Shown here: piece after piece, positions 48,153 through 64,000 of the stretch
How positions within the stretch are numbered: position 1 is the stretch's first letter
Layout of the letters: every line of letters begins with the position of its first letter
Assembly (NCBI RefSeq): GCF_009914755.1
Contig: NC_060933.1
DNA length: 64,000 bases
Reading direction: 5' to 3' (one strand)
Source: the human T2T-CHM13v2.0 reference genome, Homo sapiens
Notes under the pieces: model-generated
The model's database searches: none
What the model was told of the DNA's origin: nothing
The model's input: the letters and a program-made list of their open reading frames with translations, nothing else
Program-made: the position numbers and the translations under genes

Positions 48153-49949
48153 CTATTTTAGAGAACATAACAATGTATACTTGTCATTCAACTATAATAG
48201 TATTTTAGATATCAGTAAGCTATAATTTTTAATTTAAAGGCAAATCTAAAACAAAGTAAAAAGAGTGTCTTCACTATCCAATCATAAAAGGAATTCTGTC
48301 ACAGAACATCCTTTTGGTATAAATTAGAAGATAGAAGATGGGCAGATCCCTGGCTCTTATGGAACTTAAATTCTACATATTTGTAAGAATAAATTATGTT
48401 TAAAAAGTAGACACACTGGGACAAATGGAATTGCGGAAGTGAAATCAAATACGGTCGTTTTAGAACTCAAATATTCTTTGCAGGGTAAAAAGGTCCCAAC
48501 TTAAGCATATGATAAATATATAGCCAATTAAGCATGTTTTCAGACAGTGCTGTGCTGACTAGCACCTAAGTATTCCCATCACCACTGAATTTCACAGACA
48601 CCACTAAAACAAGAGAAACTACCTAAACTGCTCAATAATCCTAATTACTGCTGCATATTTATGCAAGTTGGTACTACAGAAATAGGCTCTAGGAGAATCA
48701 AATAATGCAAATACTAACCACGTAATTACTTTTATGGTTGATATATATTCTTCTAAAGCAATTCTTTTACAAATAAATACTTCATTTGAAGCTGGAATAA
48801 GCCGTTTAAAAACTGTAACCTTTTAACTGTCCAAAGAATTTCATTGAGATTTTCGCAAATTATTCAATTAAATCAATGAATTTGAGAGCTTGAAGAGACT
48901 TCCTATCATTCAGTTCAACCCCTTCCATTTGACAAATGAGAAAATGATGATGCAAAAGGTCAAATAACAAGCCCAACATCTCAATTCCAAATCCATTAAC
49001 CTCTTTCCAGACAAGTGATTCCCTGACCACTTAAGAACTATTAAGTTGGAAGAGAAGAAATTTACTTTTGCCCCTTTAGAAACTTTTTATTATATAATTA
49101 TCATTGGGTATGCTTATTTTCTAATGGTCCTATGGTTTTTATCCTTTTAACTTTAGCCTCTCTGGGATTAAAACCATCCTTTACTTTTAATAAATGAAAG
49201 TAAAAGCATGCAAGTGAAACTATTTGCTTTCTTCAGGATTTCCACTGATGTAAATATTTTGATAATCAGTTTCCTAAAAATGGGACTAGAGTCCCATTTA
49301 AAAAGACATTTCTGTGTCTCTTAAACAATACTGGCCAACTACTTCTCCCAAAATGTTACACCTGTATGGAAGGAAATAGCTATTAAAAATACAAATACCA
49401 TTTGACCCAGCAAATCTGCTTCTAACAATGTATCCTAACCAATATATTTGCATTATGTACAAAAGAATAGATGACAATGTTTTTAAAATCGTCTATCCAT
49501 ACATAGGATAGATCTTAAGAATTATAAAACATACAGTGGGATACCATGCAGCTGGTCTTTAAAAAGTGACTTTAGGGATTTATTTTAAAAATTTATCCTA
49601 AGGTCATAAAAAAGATTATTTCAAGGTGTGAAATAATCTTTGTGCCAAAACAATTTACATAAACATGACTATCACTGCTTGCTACCAATGAGTCTTTTCC
49701 CAGTGGTTCTTCCATGAAATACAGACTTGTGACAACTTCCCTTTTTAGCAGGTAAGGGATATTAGCAAAGTTGTATTTGTAAATTTCTTAATCTTTTAAT
49801 ATATGTTAATATAAGCAAAGACTAATGCAAACACAACCCTAAGAGCTTCAGTGGGCTTTAACAAACATTTCTGAGGATTATGAGTTGGTTTTTAGCTCTT
49901 CTGGGCTCTATTCTACTGTTGTGTCACATCAGTACCCGTGACAAAGAAG

Positions 49950-51060
49950 TAGACGCTAAGAGATACATGGTGTTCTAACGGTGAAGAGCAGAAGTTTAAA
50001 AAGAGCTTATACAGTTTAGTTCTGCACTCCACTGAGTGTGTGCCCAGATACACAGCCAAGAGTAGTTACAGCTCACACTCAGCCTACGCACAGCATGAAT
50101 AAGAAATAAACGTTGTAAAGGCTACTGCTATTTTAGGGTTGTCCATTGCCTCAGGAAAAAGCTCACTAATAGAGAAACTGACACCAGGACCAAAAACCTA
50201 AAACATGTAGTCACTTGCTTTAGGGCTGGGAGACTGGAAACCCTAATACGTTATTATACAATGGGTAAAACTGTTGGACCGCAGCAGAAATAAGAAAATA
50301 TATTCAATCAACTTGTGGCTTTGGGTGAAGAAGTTTCAAAATAGAATACTGGTAGCGTGAAATGACTATCAAGGTGAATTTGATAGTGTTCAAGAAAGAT
50401 GTGTTCAAAAAAGATTAGCCTATTTTCAAGTGAGGATGTAGGACTTTCAAATTGGGTGATAGCCTGGGTCAAAGACCCAATAAAGGGTATAGCTGCAATC
50501 CTTAAGAATTAAAATTGGACTTCATTAATCCTTCAGATGGACAAATGATTCCTGAGGGATGGTTTCTCACAAAAACCTATAAACTCAAAGTATCTGTTAT
50601 TAAATATAAAAAGACGAGCATGTCTGAGAAAAGTCTTAACAATAATTGCATAGGAAGCTGACCAGAATTAAACACACATACAAAAGTATTACATTACCAA
50701 AAGTGACACCAGACTCCATCAAAAGAAAGTAAGTGAGATGAGGATAAGTTCCTAAAAAGGTACACTGGGCCCTCAGATCACTATGGTCCGAAAGTAGGCT
50801 GAGAAAGCTGCTCAGCTGATGAGGAGGGCAGTATTTTCCAATGACCTTTTCAGATGCAACAAAGGATGATACTGAAAAAGTAGAGAAGTTCCAGAGGAAT
50901 CAGCCAAAAGCCAAGAAGACAAACGGAGTGGGAAGCATACTCCGGGGGAAAACTGGGACCTAATTAGGGAACACTAATTATATCCAAAACAGAGGGATCT
51001 CACAGTATTTTCCCAGCAGAATTTCAGATTTCCTAGGGAATAATGACTGCCAACTCACCT
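49950..51060 (+). mobile_element. MaLR (MLT1-like) LTR 3' end plus internal sequence
   Basis: aagaaataaacgttg...ctaatag LTR end followed by gaaactgacaccagga/aaaacctaaaacatgt internal-type sequence. Confidence 0.6.
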
Positions 51061-51129
51061 GTTAAGTATCCAATTTCTTAATTTCACTATAATAGTTAAA
51101 GTATGTTGTATTTTTCTGCCACTATTTTT

Positions 51130-51317
51130 AAAAATTGACAGGTAAAAATTCTATGTGTTTATGGTGTGCAACACAATGTTTTGATGTACGTATACACTGT
51201 GGAATGGCTAAATCAAGCTATTTACCATACCACCTCACATACATATTTTTATTTTGTGGTGAGAACCCTTAAAGTCTACTCTCTTAGTAATTTTCAAGTA
51301 TATGATATATTGTTATG
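51130..51317 (-). mobile_element. 5'-truncated L1MA 3' end with 13-bp TSD
   Basis: tgccactattttt at 51117-51129 and 51318-51330; L1MA 3' motif gtgagaacccttaaagtctactctcttag. Confidence 0.85.
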
Positions 51318-52391
51318 TGCCACTATTTTTGAAAGTAAATACAGACTGGCAGTGAAACTCTTTAAACATATTTTGGTTGAAACATACCAATTCTCTAATA
51401 GTGTTCTACAATTAGAATTTTCTATAATCAGTTCATTCAAAACAATGTAAATCTATGCTTAATAGACATACCCCACTTAAGCCTTTCAAATCTTCAAACA
51501 CAATAGCCACAAAAAGTTTTTCTCCCCCTTTGTCTAAATATACTCTCTATTCCTTCTGGCAAAGATTCCCCAAAAAAGCCAAAGTAAAAAGGATCCAAGT
51601 AGAAAAGGCAGCAAGGGAAAAATGCAAAAAACCAAAAAACACGCACAATTTCCTGGATAACTGAATAGTTATTCTGAAATGCTTTAAAAATTAAATTTAC
51701 ATACAAAAATTATTTTAGCCCTATTTTTAAATAAAGCACCTATTCTAGAGGAGATAAAAAAAAGATTTGTAGGCTAGGCACGTGGCTCACCCCTATAATT
51801 CCAGCACTATGGAAGGATGAGGTGGGAGAATCGTTTGAGCCCAGGAGTTTGAGACCAGCCTGGGAACGATGAGACCAGTCTCATCAAAAAAAGTTAGCCA
51901 GGTGTGGTGGCACACACCTGTGGTCCCAGCTACTTGGGAGGCTAAAGTGGGAAGAGGCTCCTTGAGCCCAGGAGTTTGAGGTTACAGTGTGCGATTGCAG
52001 CACTGCACTCCAGCCTGGGCGACAGAGTGAAACCCCATCTTTAAAAAAAAAAAAAAAAAAAAAAAAATTTGTGACATTACTTCAAATATATTCTAAAATT
52101 CCTGAAACATACCATCTTGCCCAATTTCTCTATTATATATTTTATGTTGTATTATCTAAGTATCTATATAAATTGATATACCCAAGAGTCTTAATTAATG
52201 AAATGATAAATAGCCATTCCTTACCAATTTTTACTTTACAAAATTTTCCCAGTTTTTCCTGTAATTTTAAGAAAGATCAAAATAATAACAAACATCCTGT
52301 AAGAGAAAACTGATAAAATCGCAGAGATATGTGCTTGTTTAAAGTCAAATGTCTCATTTATTGCATAATTATACATTAAAAATAAACTCAC

Positions 52392-52467
52392 ATGTCACTC
52401 TCTGAAGGACAGGGCTGTTTTACCATTTTGGGTCTGCCTCTTGGTTTTGGAATCTTGACTTCTGTAG
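52392..52467 (-). CDS. PSIP1: PSIP1 exon 8 (TEVKIPKPRGRPKMVKQPCPSESD), AT-hook 2
   Basis: tag/gtgagt sites, 76 nt, PRGRP motif. Confidence 0.97.
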
Positions 52468-53505
52468 CTAATATACACATGGAAAAAAAATCAGTAACTA
52501 CTAGTTTCTATTTAAGATACAAATCTCAGATATAAATATTAGAAATGATACATACTATTTAAGAATATTAGTAGCTTATTACAGATACAATTATTGCTAA
52601 ATTGAAAAAATAATACCTCCCCCACCATGGTTAAAATGAGCAACAACAAAAAATTTATAAAGAGGTAAACAGAGTAATCCTCAATTTGTCCTTATTATGA
52701 CTGAGAGGGCTTAAAACATTTTTCACTATCGTTTTAACAGTAATGTCACAAAATTCAACTTTTAGAATAGGAAACAGCACTTATATTTAATATTCATATA
52801 CATATTATATTACTTATGCAGTTACATATCTTTGGAAGTTCATATCAAAATTCACTGAGTTTCCCTAGCACTATTAATTTTATCCACTGCAATATTAAAC
52901 TCCAAAATATATAAATAAAAATCTTTTTTCTTTTCTGGGTATTACTCATCTTACCCCCCATTTTCAGTAAGAATCCTATTAAAAAGTAGAAAAAAAATTC
53001 ACTCAATTTTGGTTTTGTTTTACGAAGATTTTTCCAAAATATTTCCAATTTGCCAAATTAAGAAAATACTTTTAAACAGGCAATGCTGAAGAGAGCTGCA
53101 AACTGTAAAAATCAAAATCCCTATCAATAAAGAACGCACAAATTTAAAATATTAATGACTTTAATCAAATGCTATTTCTCATTCTCTGATTATAACTCCA
53201 TTTTGAAATCTTACGACTCTTAAGTGAAAGGTAAAATAAACCCATTATTCATGATAATTTTAACCTCCCCACAGCCTCTCTTACCACTATTTAGGGAAAA
53301 CATAACAGAGATAAAGCAAAGTTTATTTCAAATTTAAATACTTTGAAACAGAGCACAAATCATGTTTATCTCCTTTGAAATCTGTATGTTACACATAATC
53401 AATTGCCTATTTGCTTCATTCCAAAATATTTGAGGCAGCAACACTTTAAATGGACTGGAATATTAATCACAAGCCAAACAGATATTTAAACATCAGTAAT
53501 CCTAC

Positions 53506-53602
53506 CTGCAGGTCGTCCTCTTTTAGGACTCACTTTTAGATTAACAGATGCTGTTGCTGTTGTCACTACTCCTGCCTCCTCAGTTTCTACTTGTTTTTCT
53601 GC
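53506..53602 (-). CDS. PSIP1: PSIP1 exon 7 (AEKQVETEEAGVVTTATASVNLKVSPKRGRPA), AT-hook 1
   Basis: cag/gtagga sites, 97 nt, PKRGRP motif. Confidence 0.97.
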
Positions 53603-55039
53603 CTGAATTACAAAAATTTAATTAACTTATTTAGCAAATAGTAGGCACTCAAAGTTTAATTCGATGGCAAAAATATGCCAGTCTATGGTAACGTTGAGTT
53701 CAAGTATAGATATAACCTCTATATGATCTTTTGTTTTTTCAACAATCAACTCAAGAGTAACATCTTCAAACTTAGTTTATAACTCTAGTGAACAACTCTT
53801 AAAAAAAACTAAAAATTTCTTAGAAATGAAGTCATTTGTAAAAATAAAGCTAATATTCTTGATGCGATATGGAGAACAAAGTATGTGATTACACTGCAAC
53901 TAACACAATGTTATTTCTAATTCTTCGTTCATACAGACACATTTTATTTCTAAACTGAGACTGTTACCTAACAGTTCTCCTTTAGGAGTTATTCTTATTT
54001 CCCGTAAGAAAGGATTTACTACAACAGAGAGTAAGGAATCCACTGACCATTTGCAAACTCTAATGCCCTTTGATAACTGCTAGTATGATTCTCCTGGAGA
54101 GAATGGCCCCAAATGAGAATCAGTATTATTGATTTAAGCATTAGAATGGAACAAAGGTTAAGAACACAAATTAGAAACAAAATGTAAACATGAGGCAGCA
54201 GTTGGTACTGATCATAACTGCAAAAGGAGGAAAGAGAAAGACCAAAGGAGGAGATGGGCTCCTTCCCCAACTCCCCCAACTATTTAGAATTCAGCATTAA
54301 CTGTATCACTAAAGATAAAAACAAGAAGGCATTCAAAAACATGCATAATCCAATCTCATTGATTAAAAAAATTAAAAATTGCCTTTTCATCAATGATTTG
54401 TAAACATAATGCCCAGTGTTGATAAGCATGTGGAGAATCATTCATACATTGACTACCAATGATCAATAAGCTGGTATCAATAAACTGATACTTTATGAAA
54501 GCACATAATTATGAATGAGTATTGGCAATATAGAATGTGCAAATCTCTATATAGGGCTGGACACAGTGGCTCACGCCTGTAATCCCAGCATTTTGGGAGG
54601 CCAAGGTGAGTGGATCACTTGAGGTTAGAAGTTCATGACCAGCCTGGCCAACACGATGAAACCCTTTCTCTACTAAAAACAAAAGATTAGCCAGGCTTGT
54701 GGCGCACACCTATAATCCCAGCTACATAGGAAACTGAGGCAGGAGAATTGCTGGAACTCAGGGGGCAGAGGTTGCAGTGAACTGAAATTCATGCCACTGC
54801 ATTCCAGCCTGGGCGACAGAGCAAGACTGTCTCAAAAAAACAAAACAAAACAAAAAACCTTTATATGGCAATTCCACTTCTACGAATGTATCCATTTCTT
54901 TATTAGTTTTTTAAACATTTCTTTAAATAACTGAAACATAATGAAGCATATTAAAAGTATTATTAAAACTCATCTAAGGTAACCCTTGAGTTGTTCTCAG
55001 AGAACACTGAAAATTCCTCCCTGAACATTATTAGCTCAG

Positions 55040-55165
55040 GTTTTATTTCTAGAATTTTAAGAACTTACAAAGTTGCCCTGCCCCAATCCTGATTCAATAG
55101 CTCTGAGTCAGGGAACCAGGATTCTGTGTTTTTATAAAGCTCCCCAGGTAACAAAGCTTAAGAAC
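55040..55165. mobile_element. MER5-like hAT fragment
   Basis: gattcaatagctctg...ttataaagctccccaggt motif. Confidence 0.55.
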
Positions 55166-56699
55166 TCAAGACTGAGAGCTCTTTTCCTACTGAGGAGTTA
55201 AGAGGGCATAATTTGTCTAAAATTCAGTTATAACTGGTCAATTCTTTGGTGCAAAGAAGACTCTCTCCACTTACACTTTCTGCTTTTGGAAATAAATCAA
55301 AACACTGAATAAGAATTATAGGTAGGGTTGGGTGCAGTGGCCCATGCCTGTAATTCCCACTCAGCGCTTTGGGAGGCTGGGGCTAGCAGATCACGAGGTC
55401 AGGAGTTCGAGACCAGCCTGGCCAACATGGTGAAACCCCATCTCTATTAAAAATACAAAAATAAGTCAGGCACCTGTAATCCCAGCCACTCAAGAGGCTA
55501 AGGCAGGAGAATCACTTGAACCCAGGAGGCAGAGATTGCAGTGAGCTGACATCCTGCTACCACACTCCAGCCTGGGCAACAGAGCAAGACTCCGTCTCAA
55601 AAAAAACAAAGAATTATAGGTAAAAGAGATGGTTTTTAAGGAGGTACCAATAAGTGTAACAAGTTCATCAATAATAATTAAAACTATATTAACACTAATA
55701 CTAAGAGATCAGCCCTACCATGCACGTGTGTTCATGACTATTATGGCAAAATCATGCAAGTCAGAACCATTCCTCATGAAAATAAAATCAAAGAATAATA
55801 AATATTTTATCTAAAGAAAGGACCAATGAAGTTATACGAAACATATATATTTAAAACTTTTCCACTCTTAGGATATGCTTAAATATTTAAACATCTTAAA
55901 TGCTAATATCTTAAACTACTGACTACAGATTTATTTCTTCCATATTTTACTTGCTCTGAGACATCTAACCCTCATTTTCTCTTCATTTTTTACCCCTTTC
56001 TAGCTCTACCAGCTTCCTTGATCTTAACTAAAAACACACCACTTCACACACACACAAAAACCTCATGGGATTACTATTCAAATGTATTCATAAGTCCTCC
56101 ACATCCTTGTTTTGCTGTATCTGTCCCACAAATCCTCAAGAGAGGTTACTATACAATTCTACCTTCTCTGTTCTATTATTCCCAGCTGCTGAAGCCTGCT
56201 GGGAAAAAAAAAATGTACAAACATGCATTCATTTTATGCAATCTCAGTTGAGATCTCAAAGTCACTTTACCCTATCTGATCAGGCCTCCTCCTCCCACCA
56301 ACAGCTGCATAATTTACTCAATCTATTCTTCCCGACTTGTACCACATCCAAAGTCTTGCTTTGATGTGGATGGGGCAGAAGGGAGTAAGGGCTGTAGAAA
56401 GGAATTCCCTTAATTTCCTAGTGTCCCAAGAAATTTTCAGAGCCTCCTCCATCCCTCCCCTTCAGTGTTAAGAGACTGAAACATCCATCTCCTCCTTGTT
56501 AAGTCAGTTCCTTCAAATGTCCCCTCCATTCTCTCATCCAACATGTATTTACATAAAATAATTTATACTGACTCCACATCTTTGATCTTTCCTAATTTTG
56601 CAGAGAAAAAGTGTTAAGGCATTTACTGTCTTTTGTCATTTTAACACTTTCCCTTAGCTATGAAAATCCCTATTATGTTGCCACATTCTCCTTGCCTTC

Positions 56700-59420
<2,721 letters not shown>

Positions 59421-59919
59421 ACAAAACTTCGTATATGGAAGGAAAATTTCATATTAATTAAAAGCCTACTATGTACCTAACCTTGCACTGTCACTCACAC
59501 TCATTTCTCACAACGTGAAGTAACAACAACAACAACATAATGGACAACACTTATATAACACTTACTAGTGTTTAGGTATCAGGATTTAGCATAAACATTT
59601 CACATATGTTAAATCATTTAATCCTCCACAACCTTGGAGTATATATTTCTACCCAATTTAGAGAAAACTGAGGCACAGTCATTAAAATGAATGAAAACTG
59701 GTGTATTTTATTTCCTTTACCACTCAAGTTACTTTAAGGGTGCTATATCACTAAGAAAGAAACACAGATAGTTTTGCCAAGTAAAACATAACCCATAAAA
59801 AATTAAAGGGTTTAGAATAAAAGCTGAAATTTAAGGTTTCATTGTATCTACTCTCCCTCAACCCAATTAAAATAAAAATTCTTTTCAGATCCCCATGGTT
59901 GGTAAGTCAGTGAAATTAC

Positions 59920-59982
59920 CTTTCTCTTTCTCCCCCTTCTGGCAGCTTTTGGAGTAGTTATGTCAACTGCTTTAGTCACATC
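59920..59982 (-). CDS. PSIP1: PSIP1 exon 6 (DVTKAVDITTPKAARRGRKRK), nuclear localisation signal
   Basis: T-rich tag acceptor, gtaatt donor, 63 nt. Confidence 0.97.
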
Positions 59983-60740
59983 CTAAAAAAGAAAAAAGAA
60001 AACTGAATACTGAATAAATTATTCCAGGAATGAAAGAAACCTTGTTAAACTAAAAGTTACAAGCACGTTTAACTGAAAGCATTGGGGAAATCTGTTTTGC
60101 TCTGTAGAGTTCTGAAATTAAAAACATTGTGTCTCAACATTATAAAGTGAGAAAAATGCATTTCCACTGTCAGATCAAATGTAAGTCATGGTTGCTGGTA
60201 CACCAGGAAGTCTGTCTATTTAAATTTATAAAACTACTTTTTCTACACTAGAATTCTGAATTATAAGGGTGGATAAATTTGAATTGTGAATTTTAAAGGG
60301 TGGCTGGGACATTGAAGATCATCTAACAACCATTTCATTAGGCCTGGAAGGGCTAAATGAGTCATCTTTACACACAGATCATATACAGTTGGACATCAAC
60401 CTAGGTTTTAAAAAATTTAGTCTAATGCTGTTTCCAGTACATCCATCCTACAACACTTCTCTTTAAAAAAAATCCTTAACACTACCGCACCCTACAGTTG
60501 GACTTCATGTTTTACATATAAAAATAACTTCAAATAATAACAGGTATGCATCTTAAAGATGCATAAGTTGTTTGACAATACTGTATTTAATATTTACACA
60601 AGGAAATAAGCCTTAAATATTTTCTAATTCACTTTTCAAGTACTTTAAAAATTACTTACTAATTAATCATGGCCAACTCATTTCATTATTTCTTCCTTGA
60701 AACAAAATGGGTTTAAAATGTTAGGAGAAATAGAACATAC

Positions 60741-60845
60741 CTCATTGCTGGCTTTTTCTTCATGGTCGGTATCTTCCTTTGAAACACTAGTTTCCTTTTC
60801 TTCAACTTCAACATCAGATGATGCATTTGATTGTTTAGTTGCTGC
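60741..60845 (-). CDS. PSIP1: PSIP1 exon 5 (AATKQSNASSDVEVEEKETSVSKEDTDHEEKASNE)
   Basis: cag acceptor, gtatgt donor, 105 nt. Confidence 0.97.
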
Positions 60846-60909
60846 CTGTGAGCAATCAACTCTATTAATTTCATAAAATAAGTTTTTATCCCAATAATAT
60901 ATACAATTC

Positions 60910-61125
60910 TTTATTTTTATTTTTTTTTTAGAGACAGGGTCTCACTCTATCACCCAGGCTGGAGGCAGTGGCGCAATTATGGTTCACTGAAGCCTCAATT
61001 CCTGGGCTCAAGGCATCCTCCCTCCTCAGCCTGAGCCCAGGAGGTCGAGGCTGTAGTGAACCATGATTGCACCACTGTACCCCAGCCTGGGCAACGCAGT
61101 CTCAAATAATAAAAATTAAAAAAAA
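60910..61125. repeat. Head-to-head inverted Alu right-arm fragments (near-palindrome)
   Basis: cctgggctca (ends 61010) / tgagcccagg (starts 61032), with arms extending to T- and A-tails. Confidence 0.9.
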
Positions 61126-61227
61126 CTCCAAGATTATATGGTGACAAGGCTTGGCAATTTGGAGGATAAAAAAGACCATAAAGGTGCAATCACAGGACAA
61201 ATGATCCAAGAGAAATTACAAAACGTA

Positions 61228-63542
<2,315 letters not shown>

Positions 63543-63884
63543 GAAATTTAATTAATTAATTAAAGAGAATAAGAAAACTTAGGCATACACCATGTAAGTC
63601 GCAAAACCTAAATTTAGAACAGTACATACAGCTTTATATTCAATGACGTATTAAACCCTCTATCAGGAGTTAAATAACTGAATAGTTCCCAGTTTCTTGA
63701 GATCTGTTTAACTACATAAAATAATGATTTTGTCAATTCATTTTGATATAAAATGCCCAAGGTTCAACCTCACAAATAAGAACACAACAAACTAGTATGA
63801 AATTCCCAAGGCTTTTAGTATTTACTTTCCTACAGCTAGGATAGTGATTATTCCCCAGGATTAAATAAGTAATATCAAATTTTA

Positions 63885-64000
<116 letters not shown>

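Larger units (their letters stand above)
40029..55610 (+). mobile_element. Six dispersed Alus in PSIP1 introns: 40029-40334, 41771-42071, 47552-47870, 51771-52047, 54555-54856, 55326-55610
   Basis: Alu consensus matches; last one has TSD aagaattataggta. Confidence 0.93.

Noticed and set aside
51052-51064. Minus-strand AG|GTGAGT resembling a recursive splice site
   Set aside because: No polypyrimidine tract and the intron is only about 4 kb

Overview
Human (hominoid) genomic DNA at the convergent SNAPC3/PSIP1 locus, which I recall as 9p22.3; I identified it from hand-translated exons. The + strand carries SNAPC3 (SNAP50) coding exons 3-9 at 7483-33807, with a main poly(A) signal near 35542. 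The - strand carries PSIP1 (LEDGF) from within exon 4 (window end) to the p75 stop at 39452, plus the p52 terminal exon (HQTTCNLQ*, 45133-45157). All exon phases join into the expected proteins; exon numbers are from memory. The introns are repeat-dense: about 50 Alus, two old L1 relics, LTR/MaLR pieces, MIR/L2, DNA-transposon MITEs, a U6 retrocopy and a full-length SVA. Nearly all ORFs in the supplied track are repeat-derived noise. I see no evidence of a new gene or enzymatic system. The unexplained structures I can support are: (1) an SVA carrying a ~180-bp 3' transduction; (2) a circularly permuted local duplication that leaves a 23-nt AG/GT-bounded relic of SNAPC3 exon 8; (3) two inverted, locally templated insertions; (4) a candidate SNAPC3 alternative last exon overlapping the final PSIP1 codons antisense and in register; (5) a cluster of alternative acceptors giving several short p52-like tails; (6) a fold-back Alu hairpin next to a PSIP1 acceptor; (7) a G4 tract between the converging 3' ends. 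Repeat subfamily calls and repeat boundaries are by eye and approximate.
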